Shown here: positions 48,257-57,838 of the stretch, piece by piece | Layout: every line of letters begins with the position of its first letter | Position numbering within the stretch: the stretch's first letter is position 1 | Assembly: GCA_035400625.1 (NCBI GenBank) | Contig: DAOMZT010000001.1 | Location: forward strand, 28,866-92,865 | Length of the DNA: 64,000 nt | From: an archaeon | GTDB taxonomy: Archaea > Iainarchaeota > Iainarchaeia > Iainarchaeales > CSSED10-239 | Direction: 5' to 3' | Notes under the pieces: generated by a model | What the model was told of the DNA's origin: nothing | The model's input: only the letters and a program-made list of their open reading frames with translations | The model's database searches: none | Made by a program: the position numbers and the translations under genes

Positions 48257-49699
48257 CTAGATTGTGGTTTCTTCCTTTTTTATCTCTATGTTGCTACTTG
48301 TCAGAGTTGGTCGCAAAAGAAGCCTTAATGGATCCTTATCAGGGTATCTTATGACAACATCATTATTAGATATAACCTCTATTTTCACTGTTGCTGGTTC
48401 TTTATCTATGAAATCATCAATATGCCCTGCACCAATACAGTAGTTTAATTTTGGGTTTTCCTTAAGTATTGTTAATAGCTCATTTCCAATAAACGAATTG
48501 TTAAAGACATCGCTTGCTTGAGGAATAATTACTAACACGTCCTCTTTTACTTCTTCAGATAATTTTTTAAGTATTCCATAAATGTAATAAACGTGCAATG
48601 GGTTATTTCTATTAATCATGAAGACCTTGCTTGATCCTATATTTTTATATGTGCTTTCAAAAACTATTGAAAGATCAGTCTCTCCAAAATAACCACAATA
48701 CACATCATCAATAATATTCAATTTAGAGATTATCCTCCATTTTTCAAAGTCAGTTATTTCATCTGTAATTCCTATGGCTGCGATATTCGCTATTAATTCA
48801 GAAATGTCCTTTACATTATCGGTATATGCCTGATCAATAATTTTTTGAGAAACACCAGTAAATTTAAATAAATTGATAAAAGCCAATTTTGGTATTGTGT
48901 ATAATGGTATCTTAATCTTAAAAAAATCAATTGTGTTTATTGGGAAGCCAAAAGGAGAGACCTTCATATCAAAGGCACTCAACAGTTCTTCTTTTTGCTG
49001 AGGATAAGATAATGTCTTAAACACCCCTGTGCTATCAAAGACAATCACTTTCTTTGAAGACAGCAGGTAATTTTCAGCAATAACTTTCATTGCAAATATT
49101 CTATCTTCTTCTTCTGAACCTGTTACTACAATTGACCTTAGATTCTCTAAGCTGGCATTAATTGTAATTCCATTCTTTCTACCAACCAACAACTTATCTA
49201 CTGAACTAATTGCTGATGAAAATTCTATGTTGTTTGGAGAGTTGGTCAATACCTTAACAATAAACGGATCATAAAAGAAATAATTTTTCTGTTCTGGTGG
49301 CAACATCTTTAGTGACAATAGTTTTATGTTATAAGATTTTATTATAGAAATAATGGAACTTGTGATTTTGTTTAATTTTAATATTTTCTTTTCTATGTGT
49401 TCATTAAGTTGAGAAGAATCTACTATTTCTGTATCTGTGTTTAATATGAAAAATTTGTGAGTGTTCTTGTCGCCAATGTCAAAATGCTTCTCAAAAACAA
49501 TACACTGGTTTGGTAGTGTTTCTGCAAATAATTCTATATCCCCATCAACACCAAACACCTTGTATAATTGAACAAGCACCGAAGACGGATCTTTTGATCT
49601 TAATAAAGAAACAAAATAGTCATCATTAAATAAAATTGCCAAATCTTTTTGACCATATACACCTTCAAAAAGTGTACTCCAAGTTGTTATTTGTGCCAT
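48257..49699 (-). CDS. inactivated paralogue of the HerA-like ATPase (degenerate Walker A/B)
   Basis: SIVVTGSEEEDR...VIVFDSTGVFKTLSYPQQKEELL...VSPFGFP parallels the HerA-like protein HVAIVCGKRGGGKS...VIVIDTVGIFWTMKYPNKEDAKLL...LVPFG. Walker A and B positions are replaced (GSEEEDR; PQAS for DEAH). Confidence 0.5.
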   Translation of the reverse strand: MAQITTWSTLFEGVYGQKDLAILFNDDYFVSLLRSKDPSSVLVQLYKVFGVDGDIELFAETLPNQCIVFEKHFDIGDKNTHKFFILNTDTEIVDSSQLNEHIEKKILKLNKITSSIISIIKSYNIKLLSLKMLPPEQKNYFFYDPFIVKVLTNSPNNIEFSSAISSVDKLLVGRKNGITINASLENLRSIVVTGSEEEDRIFAMKVIAENYLLSSKKVIVFDSTGVFKTLSYPQQKEELLSAFDMKVSPFGFPINTIDFFKIKIPLYTIPKLAFINLFKFTGVSQKIIDQAYTDNVKDISELIANIAAIGITDEITDFEKWRIISKLNIIDDVYCGYFGETDLSIVFESTYKNIGSSKVFMINRNNPLHVYYIYGILKKLSEEVKEDVLVIIPQASDVFNNSFIGNELLTILKENPKLNYCIGAGHIDDFIDKEPATVKIEVISNNDVVIRYPDKDPLRLLLRPTLTSSNIEIKKEETTI

Positions 49700-49794
49700 G
49701 TTATTAATATAATATTTATTACCTTATTCATATTTTAAATCAAAACATTTAAATAAATTATTTATTATATATTTTTAATAGCTATAGTATATAA

Positions 49795-50328
49795 ATGGTT
49801 TTTATAATGGTAGATGCAACACTAATCAAAGATACAATTACTGAATTATTGGAAGCAAATGTAGATAAGGAAACAATCTATCAGACTTTAAAAGACATTG
49901 GCGTAGACAGTGCAGATATTGATAAATACTATAGAGATGCAACAACTAAAGAAAAAGCAAAGCAAACAGAAACCAAAACACCAGAACCTGAAACAGAAAC
50001 AGAAACACCAGATGTTTCTGAAAATTCAAAAACCGAAGAAGCAATACATCATAAGCCAAAAGTAACAACTGAAGATTTAGAAAAAGCAACTAAAGAAGTT
50101 ATTGATTCAGAAGTTATGAAAAATCAAGAAGATATAGAAGATAACATAATTATAGAAAAAGATAATGCTCAAATTTTAGAAATTAACAACACAATTTTAG
50201 AAATTAAAAAACAAGTGTCTGGTCTTGAAACCCAGATAAGTGATATTAAAGCGCAGATTAGTGGCCTTACTAAAATTATGAAAGATATTCTTGAAGAAAA
50301 TAGAAATATTTTAAACAAGTTAAAGTAA
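49795..50328 (+). CDS. hypothetical acidic coiled-coil protein
   Basis: T/E-rich linker and a C-terminal heptad region. Alternative start at 49807. Confidence 0.4.
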   Translation: MVFIMVDATLIKDTITELLEANVDKETIYQTLKDIGVDSADIDKYYRDATTKEKAKQTETKTPEPETETETPDVSENSKTEEAIHHKPKVTTEDLEKATKEVIDSEVMKNQEDIEDNIIIEKDNAQILEINNTILEIKKQVSGLETQISDIKAQISGLTKIMKDILEENRNILNKLK

Positions 50329-50330
50329 CG

Positions 50331-50645
50331 CTATTGATTACCAAGCATTTTTAATAAATCTTCGTAACCGCCACCGTCTTCTTTTGGAGCACCACCTTTC
50401 TTAAATATAGCAGATAAAATAATTATTAAACTACACACACCTAAAATGATTAACCATAAATGAGGGATTTCTGCTGTAGTTATAAACAACATTATTGCTA
50501 AAAGAAAGACTAAAAGTAAATTTATCAAACTAGGAAAAAATATAGAATATAGTATTACAACAACTGGTGCAATAAAATAATAATTATATTGAAAAGAAAA
50601 GATAATAAGCAAGCCAATAACAAAAAAACTTAAAAAGTCAAACAT
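50331..50645 (-). CDS. small membrane protein (3 TM)
   Basis: Hydrophobic, 104 aa. Tandem with the next small membrane gene with a 1-nt spacer. Confidence 0.45.
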   Translation of the reverse strand: MFDFLSFFVIGLLIIFSFQYNYYFIAPVVVILYSIFFPSLINLLLVFLLAIMLFITTAEIPHLWLIILGVCSLIIILSAIFKKGGAPKEDGGGYEDLLKMLGNQ

Positions 50646-50646
50646 G

Positions 50647-50913
50647 TTATTTTTTTACTCCTGTCCAGCTTTTTATTGTGTTTTTCAAATCGCTTCCAAA
50701 TATCCAGTATATCCCTACTCCGATAGCAACTAACCATATCAAATCTGGGTATTTGTAGAATAAAAGAAAAACTAAAAAACCAGTAATTAATATTGCAATT
50801 AATTCATTACCAATTTGTTTTTTTGCCCAAACATAAATTGATATTGAAAAAACTATGAATAATATTATCCAAATAGAATCTTCTAAAGATGTTGCTAAAA
50901 AAATATTATTCAT
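50647..50913 (-). CDS. small membrane protein (2-3 TM)
   Basis: Hydrophobic, 88 aa. Confidence 0.45.
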   Translation of the reverse strand: MNNIFLATSLEDSIWIILFIVFSISIYVWAKKQIGNELIAILITGFLVFLLFYKYPDLIWLVAIGVGIYWIFGSDLKNTIKSWTGVKK

Positions 50914-50927
50914 ATAGCATCCTCATT

Positions 50928-51536
50928 TTACTTTGCTTTTCTATCTTTTGCTCTTATTGACGGTCTATTCTTTTCTGTGCCTTTGCCTTTTTTGTCAAGA
51001 CCCCTGTTTTTCTTGCCAGCGCTTGTTACTCCTTTATGTACTCTGCCTTTATTCTGTGGCCAACATATCCAATTGATATCTTTGTCTTGCATAATCCTTG
51101 GATGATTAGGATCAACCAAAATTACTTCATAATATTTCTGTTGACCATCTTCGCCAATCAAATATGAATTTAAGACTTCTAAACCAGGATATTTTGATGC
51201 AGCTCTAAGCTCAGCAATCCTTTGAATAGATATTCTTCTTGTAATCTTATTAACACCCATTCTTTTTGGTCTTCTGCCATTAACTGGTCTTCTAATTAAA
51301 CCAGCTCCTTTTCTAACTTTTGCTAGAACCACAATAAACCCTTGCTTTGCCTTATAGCCAAGCTCTCTAGCCCTTGGAATATTTGTAGGCTTATCAAGTC
51401 TTGTGACTGCTTCTTTTGAGCGTCTATACTTGATTAATCTGTCTGTATATAATTTTTTATAATTATAATTTTCGTCTTTTTCTCTTTTAAATTCATTTTG
51501 TATTGTTTTTTTTATGTATTTTGATGCTGTGCTCAT
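50928..51536 (-). CDS. rpl15e: 50S ribosomal protein L15e
   Basis: YIKKTIQNEFK...YTDRLIKYRR...ELGYKAKQGFIV matches the L15e family. Confidence 0.9.
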   Translation of the reverse strand: MSTASKYIKKTIQNEFKREKDENYNYKKLYTDRLIKYRRSKEAVTRLDKPTNIPRARELGYKAKQGFIVVLAKVRKGAGLIRRPVNGRRPKRMGVNKITRRISIQRIAELRAASKYPGLEVLNSYLIGEDGQQKYYEVILVDPNHPRIMQDKDINWICWPQNKGRVHKGVTSAGKKNRGLDKKGKGTEKNRPSIRAKDRKAK

Positions 51537-51683
51537 ATCTACTCCGTTTTTTAATTTTTTGCATTCATTAATATATTATTTATACAATATAAATAATTAA
51601 TAAAACAAAATATTTATATAGTGGTTGTTAAAATAAGCAAGAATCAAGCTTATTTTCAAAAAATACAGAATTAAAAGAGAAAT

Positions 51684-52382
51684 ATGCGTTTCTTTTCATC
51701 AACAGAGGCACGGAAAAAAGCAATTATTGCTTTAGTCATATTTGTTTTTCTTATAGTTGCAGCAATTGTTTTTGTTTGGCCATATCTTTCTATTTTTACA
51801 AAGCCATCTGTGATTAAAGAAGTTGTATTAAGTTACGGTATTTGGGCACCACTTGCTTTTATTGGATTACAGATATTACAAATGGTTTTTTTATTTATTC
51901 CATCTACACCAATAATTATTGTCGGGGGTTATGTTTTTGGAGCCTTGGGTATACTTTATTCTATTATTGGCATAGTTCTTGGATCAGTTATTATTTTCTA
52001 TATTGGAAGACTATTTGGAAGACCATTTTTAGAAAGTATTCTTGATAAAAAAATAATAAATAAAATTGATGGAGAATCAGACAATATCGCAAAAACCTTG
52101 TTTATTTTATTTTTAATACCCCCATTACCACACGATGCTTTTTGCTATCTGACAGGATTTACAAAAATCAAATTAAAGAAGTATATACTGGTTACGATAA
52201 TAGGGAGATTACCACAAATTGTGTTTTTAACTTTAATTGGCTATCAACTTACTAAATTAAATTTGTTTTGGTCCTTAATAATTATAGGGATTATAATTGT
52301 TGGTTCAATTATCATCTTTCAAAATAAAAATAAAATCGAAACACAACTACATGGTTATGTAGGTAAATTGGAGAAAAAATAA
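51684..52382 (+). CDS. DedA/TVP38/TMEM64-family membrane protein
   Basis: Signature F-IPSTP...G...G in re-entrant region (LFIPSTPIIIVGGYVFGALGIL). Confidence 0.65.
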   Translation: MRFFSSTEARKKAIIALVIFVFLIVAAIVFVWPYLSIFTKPSVIKEVVLSYGIWAPLAFIGLQILQMVFLFIPSTPIIIVGGYVFGALGILYSIIGIVLGSVIIFYIGRLFGRPFLESILDKKIINKIDGESDNIAKTLFILFLIPPLPHDAFCYLTGFTKIKLKKYILVTIIGRLPQIVFLTLIGYQLTKLNLFWSLIIIGIIIVGSIIIFQNKNKIETQLHGYVGKLEKK

Positions 52383-52455
52383 GGTCCCATGGTCTAGTGG
52401 TTATGACGTTACCTTGACATGGTAGAGATCCCCGGTCCGATCCCGGGTGGGACCA
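52383..52455 (+). tRNA. tRNA-Val (anticodon GAC)
   Basis: Manual fold: acceptor GGTCCCA/TGGGACC, D-loop AGTGGTTA, anticodon stem TTACC/GGTAG, loop TTGACAT, T-arm CCCGG-TCCGATC-CCGGG, discriminator A. Starts immediately after the DedA stop codon. Confidence 0.75.
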
Positions 52456-52480
52456 TAGAATTAAAAAACGGTTCTTTTAT

Positions 52481-53083
52481 ATGATTTCAAAACTAATTTC
52501 TCTTGTTGTTCTTTTTTTTGTAATTATAGATCCATTAACTAGTTTTGTTGTTTTTTTTGTAAGCACTAAAGGTTTTAATAACAAAGCAAAGATAAAGATT
52601 GCAACACTGTCTGTTCTTTTAGCAGCCTTTATCTCTTATCTTGTTCTTTTTTTAGGACAAAGTCTTTTGAAATTATTTAGCACAGACATAAACAGCTTTA
52701 AGATTGCAGGAGGAATAATCTTGGTTATTCTTGGGATAAACATGTCTCTTGGAAAATCATTTAATGATCTTGAAAAAATGGAAGGGGATTCTGTGCATGC
52801 CGTTGCTTCAATTATTGCAACTCCATTAATCAGCGGGCCTGCCACAATCACTGCAATCATAATTTCTGCATCTGACTATGGTAGGTTTTTAACAGGAATT
52901 GCCATAGGGATAATTCTTGCGATAATTGCAATATTGTTTTATTTTTCAATCAAATTTCATGATGTTACTTCTAAAGCAAAAACCACAATGCAAGTAGTAA
53001 CAACAATAATGGGGCTTATCACTCTTGCTTGGGGTGTTAACTTTATACTTACTGGTGTAAAAGCATTATTTCACTTGATCTAA
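52481..53083 (+). CDS. MarC-family (UPF0056) integral membrane protein
   Basis: N-terminal IIDPLTSFVVF motif and a six-TM, 200-aa size. Confidence 0.65.
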   Translation: MISKLISLVVLFFVIIDPLTSFVVFFVSTKGFNNKAKIKIATLSVLLAAFISYLVLFLGQSLLKLFSTDINSFKIAGGIILVILGINMSLGKSFNDLEKMEGDSVHAVASIIATPLISGPATITAIIISASDYGRFLTGIAIGIILAIIAILFYFSIKFHDVTSKAKTTMQVVTTIMGLITLAWGVNFILTGVKALFHLI

Positions 53084-53745
53084 AGCAGTTTCTTTTGGTA
53101 TAGCTCATTAACTATGTTGTCAACAGTCTTCCATTTCATTCTAGTATATTCTGGAAAGCTCTTGTGCTTTTTAAAATAGTCTTTTAGAAAATCGATTGTT
53201 TTTGGATCAGAAGAATAACCAGAAATATCCAAGCCAACTAGTTTTTTTAGCATCTCGTCTCTTGTAACTTTGGCAAGGATTGATGCACAAGAAACAGATG
53301 GATGGTTAAGATCGGCCTTGTGCTCAGAAATTATTTTATAATTATATTCGTGCTTTATGGCTTTTAAGTTATCCTTTATTCTTTTTGTAAACTTTGTTGT
53401 TGTGGTATCTGGGGAATCAAACACAAGATAAAGAGGAGTTGATTTTAATTTGCTTATAGCAAAGGCAGCTTTTTGCGCCTCTATCTCGTTAAGAGAAAAT
53501 CTGTCCATTAATATGTTTAATTCCTCTGCAGGAACAACCACTATCTTATACTCTTCTGCTTCTTTTTTAATCAGTTCAAATAGTTCTTCTCGTTGCTTTG
53601 AAGACAAGAGCTTAGAGTCTTTTACTCCTGCATCTTTAAACATCTTTTCCTTGTTTTTGTCTATCACACAAACTGCCAGGACAAGCGGTCCTAAGACACA
53701 GCCTCTTCCTGCCTCATCAAACCCTGCAACTAGTTGTTTAGTCAT
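53080..53745 (-). CDS. rnhB: ribonuclease HII
   Basis: VAGFDEAGRGCVLGPLVLAV catalytic DE motif and RNase HII length. Confidence 0.9.
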   Translation of the reverse strand: MTKQLVAGFDEAGRGCVLGPLVLAVCVIDKNKEKMFKDAGVKDSKLLSSKQREELFELIKKEAEEYKIVVVPAEELNILMDRFSLNEIEAQKAAFAISKLKSTPLYLVFDSPDTTTTKFTKRIKDNLKAIKHEYNYKIISEHKADLNHPSVSCASILAKVTRDEMLKKLVGLDISGYSSDPKTIDFLKDYFKKHKSFPEYTRMKWKTVDNIVNELYQKKLL

Positions 53746-53823
53746 TATTAATCAAGCTTTTTAAATACTTTGTTTATTAAATATAATATAGTACTTATTT
53801 TAAAGCTTATTAATGGTGAAAAA

Positions 53824-54087
53824 ATGAAAGGAACAATAATGAATTACAGAATGGGCGTAAACACACAAAAGAATAATCATTTACTTATAAAGATAGATGA
53901 TGAGAAATACAGAACCAAAGAATCTGTTGCTCCATTGTTTGGAAAGAAAGTTGTTTTTACAACAATTGGAAAGAAAGTAATAAATGGCAAGGTTGCTTCT
54001 GCTCATGGTAACAAAGGGATTATCAGAGTAATCTTTGAGAAAGGTTTGCCAGGGGACGCAATTGGCCAGAAAGTAGAGATTAAATAA
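53824..54087 (+). CDS. rpl35ae: 50S ribosomal protein L35Ae
   Basis: LIKIDDEKYRTKESVAPLFGKKV...AHGNKGIIRVIFEKGLPGDAIGQKVEI matches the L35Ae consensus. Start at internal Met19 of the track ORF. Confidence 0.8.
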   Translation: MKGTIMNYRMGVNTQKNNHLLIKIDDEKYRTKESVAPLFGKKVVFTTIGKKVINGKVASAHGNKGIIRVIFEKGLPGDAIGQKVEIK

Positions 54088-54119
54088 ATCTCTATTTCAA
54101 AAATACAAATTCAAAAAAC

Positions 54120-54884
54120 ATGCAAGCAAAAGAAGTTTTTTTCAAAAACACTATTTTAAAAATTAAAAAAGAACTTCAAAGCCCAGATGCTAGAATTATT
54201 GCAATTTCTCAAGTGCTTTCTGGCTTGCCTAAAAACATAAATGAGATATTTGAAGAGCTTAGGATTATTGGAGATGTTCTTTATCCTAATCTTGAAAAAG
54301 AACTAACTGTTGAGGAATATGTAAGGCTTTGCTCTCTTGAAGATGTCTCAGAAAGCACATTAAAAAAAATTTCTCTTGATAAAACAAAGATACAAAAGGT
54401 TCTAGAAATACAAGAGATGGGCTTGTCTGTAGAACTAGAAAAAGAAGAAAAAACAATATTTATCAATCTTGCAAAGAACCTTCAAGCATTAATTGATATT
54501 AAAAAAAATCTTGAGGACCTGGAAGAAAACCTTGTAAAAACCAACTTTCCAAATTTTTCAGAAATTACAACACCAAAGATTGCTTGTAAGATGATTGAAG
54601 TTGCAGGCTCTTTTGAAAGACTTTCAAGATTTCCAGCTTCAACCATACAATTGCTTGGGGCAGAAAATTCCTTTTTTAGAGCATTAAGAACAGGCAATAA
54701 AAAGACGCCAAAATATGGTTTTATTTATTCTCATCCTTTGTTAATAAACTTAAACAAAAAAGAAAAAGGGAAAGTTGCAAGAACAATTTCTGCAAAGATA
54801 GCAATAGCAATCAAAGCAGATATTGCAGGTAAAGACCTAAGAAAAGAACTATCTGAAAAAATAAAAAATAAATTAAAGAAATAA
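54120..54884 (+). CDS. nop5: Nop5/Nop56-family C/D box snoRNP protein (short form, 254 aa)
   Basis: NOP domain KIACKMIEVAGSFERLSRFPASTIQLLGAE...YGFIYSHPLL. Immediately upstream of fibrillarin. Confidence 0.85.
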   Translation: MQAKEVFFKNTILKIKKELQSPDARIIAISQVLSGLPKNINEIFEELRIIGDVLYPNLEKELTVEEYVRLCSLEDVSESTLKKISLDKTKIQKVLEIQEMGLSVELEKEEKTIFINLAKNLQALIDIKKNLEDLEENLVKTNFPNFSEITTPKIACKMIEVAGSFERLSRFPASTIQLLGAENSFFRALRTGNKKTPKYGFIYSHPLLINLNKKEKGKVARTISAKIAIAIKADIAGKDLRKELSEKIKNKLKK

Positions 54885-54886
54885 AT

Positions 54887-55492
54887 ATGGCACTAAAAAA
54901 TCTTATAAAGGAAAAAGGAGATTTCTTTACCTTTGACTTAAACACTAAAGAGAAAAGATATTGGGATCCAACACGCTCAAAGGTGTGTGCAGCCTTAAAG
55001 AAAGGACTAACTATCTTGCCATTAAAAGAAGACTTTAAGGTGCTTTATCTTGGTGCTGCTGAAGGCTATACTTGTTCTTATATTTCAGACATAGTAGATA
55101 AAGGAAGCATCTTTGGAGTTGATTTTTCAGCATACAGCATGCAAAAGTTTGTGCTTCTTTGTAAGCATAGAAAAAACCTTTATCCAATACTTGGAGATGC
55201 TAACAAGCCAGAAGAATACAAATCACTTTTAGATTGCAAAGTTGACTTGATTATTCAAGATGTTGCTCAAAAAAACCAGATAGAAATCTTAAATAAGAAT
55301 GCAAAGGAGTTTTTAAAGCCAGAAGGCTATGTGATTTTGAGTCTTAAAACAACTGCTATTTCTCAAAAAGACACAAGAGCAATCATTGATGAAGAACTAA
55401 AGAAATTTGAAAAAGAGTTTAATATCATTGACAAAAGAAGACTAGACCCTTTTGAAAAGAAACATATGATAATTGTTGGAAAAAAGAAATAA
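54887..55492 (+). CDS. flpA: fibrillarin-like rRNA/tRNA 2'-O-methyltransferase
   Basis: VLYLGAAEGYTCSYISD SAM motif and the KPEG family signature. Confidence 0.9.
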   Translation: MALKNLIKEKGDFFTFDLNTKEKRYWDPTRSKVCAALKKGLTILPLKEDFKVLYLGAAEGYTCSYISDIVDKGSIFGVDFSAYSMQKFVLLCKHRKNLYPILGDANKPEEYKSLLDCKVDLIIQDVAQKNQIEILNKNAKEFLKPEGYVILSLKTTAISQKDTRAIIDEELKKFEKEFNIIDKRRLDPFEKKHMIIVGKKK

Positions 55493-55493
55493 A

Positions 55494-55688
55494 CTATTTT
55501 ACATCTTTAGATTTTAGATATGCCTCTATTGACCTGTCATATGTTTTTTCTGTCTTTGTGTCAAAATAACATGCTGGAAGCTCTCCATTTTTTCTGTGAT
55601 GTGCAATACACTCACAGCAAATGCCTTTTCTCTTACAGTCATATGTGCAGTTGCAAGATTTCTTGTTAATTTCTTTTTTGCATTCCAT
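55494..55688 (-). CDS. small cysteine-rich protein (64 aa, 9 Cys)
   Basis: [20 protein letters not shown]...ACYF cluster. Probably metal-binding. Confidence 0.4.
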   Translation of the reverse strand: MECKKEINKKSCNCTYDCKRKGICCECIAHHRKNGELPACYFDTKTEKTYDRSIEAYLKSKDVK

Positions 55689-55703
55689 AATTTTTCACCA
55701 CAT

Positions 55704-56636
55704 TTAATATGTAAAAAGAAGAATTATAAAAATAATATAAAATAACAACAAAACAAAGCCTTCTTTTTTTGTTAATTTTTTATCAATTATAACATAGATA
55801 AAAGAAATCAAAGCCAAGCCTAACATTGGTATTGCAATCTTGAAGATATGGGTTGGAACAATAATAAAACCAAAGAACCTAGAAAAGCTAGAAACTATCA
55901 AAATATCAATTATGCTTGCACCAATGATGTTGGCTACAGCAATGTCAAGATGTCCTTTCTTTACTGAGATTATGCCAACAACAAGCTCTGTTAAGCTAGT
56001 GCCTAAAGCAATAACCGTTATTGCAATAATCTCTGGAAATATCCCTACAATTTTAGAAATATTAAGCATAGAATCTACAACATATTTTGAACCAACATAT
56101 ATCAATATTGAATAGATTAAAATTAAAAAAACACAAAGATAAGAGTTTGTTTTTATCGGAGTATCTAATTTGGCTGGCTTTGATAACTTGTACTGATAAA
56201 TCGAATACACTATATAAATGATTGCACACAAAAAAGCCTCAAGTAGCGTAAAATTACCATCAATTATAAATAAAACAAAAAGGCAAACAACAATAGCAAG
56301 CATCCACAAGTCTGTCTTTAATGAGCTTTTGTAAATATACTTTGTGCCATATAAAAAACCAACAGTACCAATAACTAAAAAAATGTTTGTGGTAACTGAA
56401 CCAATAATTGTAGGAATAACAATCTCAGAACTTCCTTTTAATGTCCCATAAATTGAAGAAGCAAGCTCTGGCAGGGTTGTGCCAATACTAACAATGATTA
56501 GGCCAATTAAAAATGTAGAAAGTCCCAAGTTCTTACCTAGCTCTTTTGATTTCTCAACAAACAAGTCTGCTGAAAATATCAATAACCCAAGACTCAGTAA
56601 AAATACAAATAACCAAAACAATAAAGCAAGTAACAT
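55704..56636 (-). CDS. Ca2+/cation antiporter (CaCA) family membrane protein
   Basis: Two alpha-repeats (GTTLPELASS and GTSLTELVVG). Confidence 0.8.
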   Translation of the reverse strand: MLLALLFWLFVFLLSLGLLIFSADLFVEKSKELGKNLGLSTFLIGLIIVSIGTTLPELASSIYGTLKGSSEIVIPTIIGSVTTNIFLVIGTVGFLYGTKYIYKSSLKTDLWMLAIVVCLFVLFIIDGNFTLLEAFLCAIIYIVYSIYQYKLSKPAKLDTPIKTNSYLCVFLILIYSILIYVGSKYVVDSMLNISKIVGIFPEIIAITVIALGTSLTELVVGIISVKKGHLDIAVANIIGASIIDILIVSSFSRFFGFIIVPTHIFKIAIPMLGLALISFIYVIIDKKLTKKEGFVLLLFYIIFIILLFTY

Positions 56637-56643
56637 AAACCCC

Positions 56644-57237
56644 TCATTTCTTTACATATGCTTTTATAATTACTATATTTTCTTTTGGCCAATCTTCATG
56701 ACCAGCATTAATTCCTGTTTCTACAGCTTCTATTGCTTTAACTACTTCCATACCCAAAACAACTTTGCCAAAGACCGCATAGCCAGGATTACTTGATGAA
56801 TAATTTAGAAAATTGTTATCAACAGTATTAATGAAAAACTGAGAAGTTGCAGAGTTAGGAGATTTGGTTCTTGCCATAGCAATCGTGCCTTCTGTGTTAT
56901 ATAGGCCATTGTTAGATTCTAGGACTATTGGACTGTTTGTTTCTTTTTGAATGCCAGCTGTTGTAAAGCCACCACCTTGTATCATAAACCCCTTCATTAC
57001 TCTATGGAAGACTAAGCCATCATAAAAACCAGAATTAACATATTCTAAAAAATTAGTAGTTGTTATTGGCGCATGATTAGTATCAAGTTCGATTTCTATA
57101 TTTCCTTTTGTTGTTTCTAAAACTACTATTGAGTTCATATTTTTGTCCTTTTTAGATATTGAAAATATATTTATTAGCAAAACAATTAAAATGATTACTA
57201 AAATTAAAAAGATAATAACTAATTTTTTATTTTTCAT
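56644..57237 (-). CDS. cyclophilin-type peptidyl-prolyl cis-trans isomerase, membrane-anchored/secreted
   Basis: FHRVMKGFMIQGGGF cyclophilin core. N-terminal TM/signal segment. Confidence 0.85.
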   Translation of the reverse strand: MKNKKLVIIFLILVIILIVLLINIFSISKKDKNMNSIVVLETTKGNIEIELDTNHAPITTTNFLEYVNSGFYDGLVFHRVMKGFMIQGGGFTTAGIQKETNSPIVLESNNGLYNTEGTIAMARTKSPNSATSQFFINTVDNNFLNYSSSNPGYAVFGKVVLGMEVVKAIEAVETGINAGHEDWPKENIVIIKAYVKK

Positions 57238-57743
57238 GAACTTACCTCTTTCTTTTCTAATTTATTAACTATTGGAACAAAATAGTTTTCTATTACAAAA
57301 CTTATATTGTCAATAATCTCATTTAAGGTTTTAGATATTATTTTTTCCCATTCTTTTATTTCTTTCTCTACCTCTTTAATTTTGTCTTTATTTGGAGATT
57401 GCGAAATAACATAAAGCCTTAATTGAAAAACAAAATCTAATACATTCTCTTTAATAGACATTAGCTGATATCTTAGCTTTATTGTTTTTTTCGCACTATC
57501 ATATACAAATCTTGGACGACTGTTTTTCTTGTATTCTCCTGAAACAATAGGAGAGATTAAACGATAAAATTTATGTTTTATTTCAGTCATTGTGTTTGCA
57601 AGATCTACTGGTTTCTTTATTGGCTTTGCTTTAATATTTATGTTCTTATGAATATTCTTAATATCCAATTCAAGCCTTGGCTTGATCTTTTTTATGGGAC
57701 TTGGCTTTTTTAGTCTTATTCTTTTGCGATATATTACTGACAT
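57234..57743 (-). CDS. hypothetical basic protein (169 aa)
   Basis: K/R/P/I-rich N-terminal tail. 4-nt overlap with the PPIase gene. Confidence 0.4.
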   Translation of the reverse strand: MSVIYRKRIRLKKPSPIKKIKPRLELDIKNIHKNINIKAKPIKKPVDLANTMTEIKHKFYRLISPIVSGEYKKNSRPRFVYDSAKKTIKLRYQLMSIKENVLDFVFQLRLYVISQSPNKDKIKEVEKEIKEWEKIISKTLNEIIDNISFVIENYFVPIVNKLEKKEVSS

Positions 57744-57747
57744 AATT

Positions 57748-57820
57748 TTTCAAATTTAGCCTCTGATGGGAATTGGACCCACGACCTTTTGCTTACGAGG
57801 CAAACGCTCTACCACTGAGC
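57748..57820 (-). tRNA. tRNA-Thr (anticodon CGT)
   Basis: Reverse-complement fold: acceptor GCCTCTG/CAGAGGC, D-arm GCTC-AGTGGTA-GAGC, anticodon stem TTTGC/GCAAA, loop CTCGTAA, T-arm GTGGG-TCCAATT-CCCAT. Confidence 0.7.
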
Positions 57821-57838
57821 TACAGAGGCAAAAGCAAT

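Noticed and set aside
52636-52860. 74-aa minus ORF inside marC
   Set aside because: Embedded antisense to a well-supported membrane protein gene.
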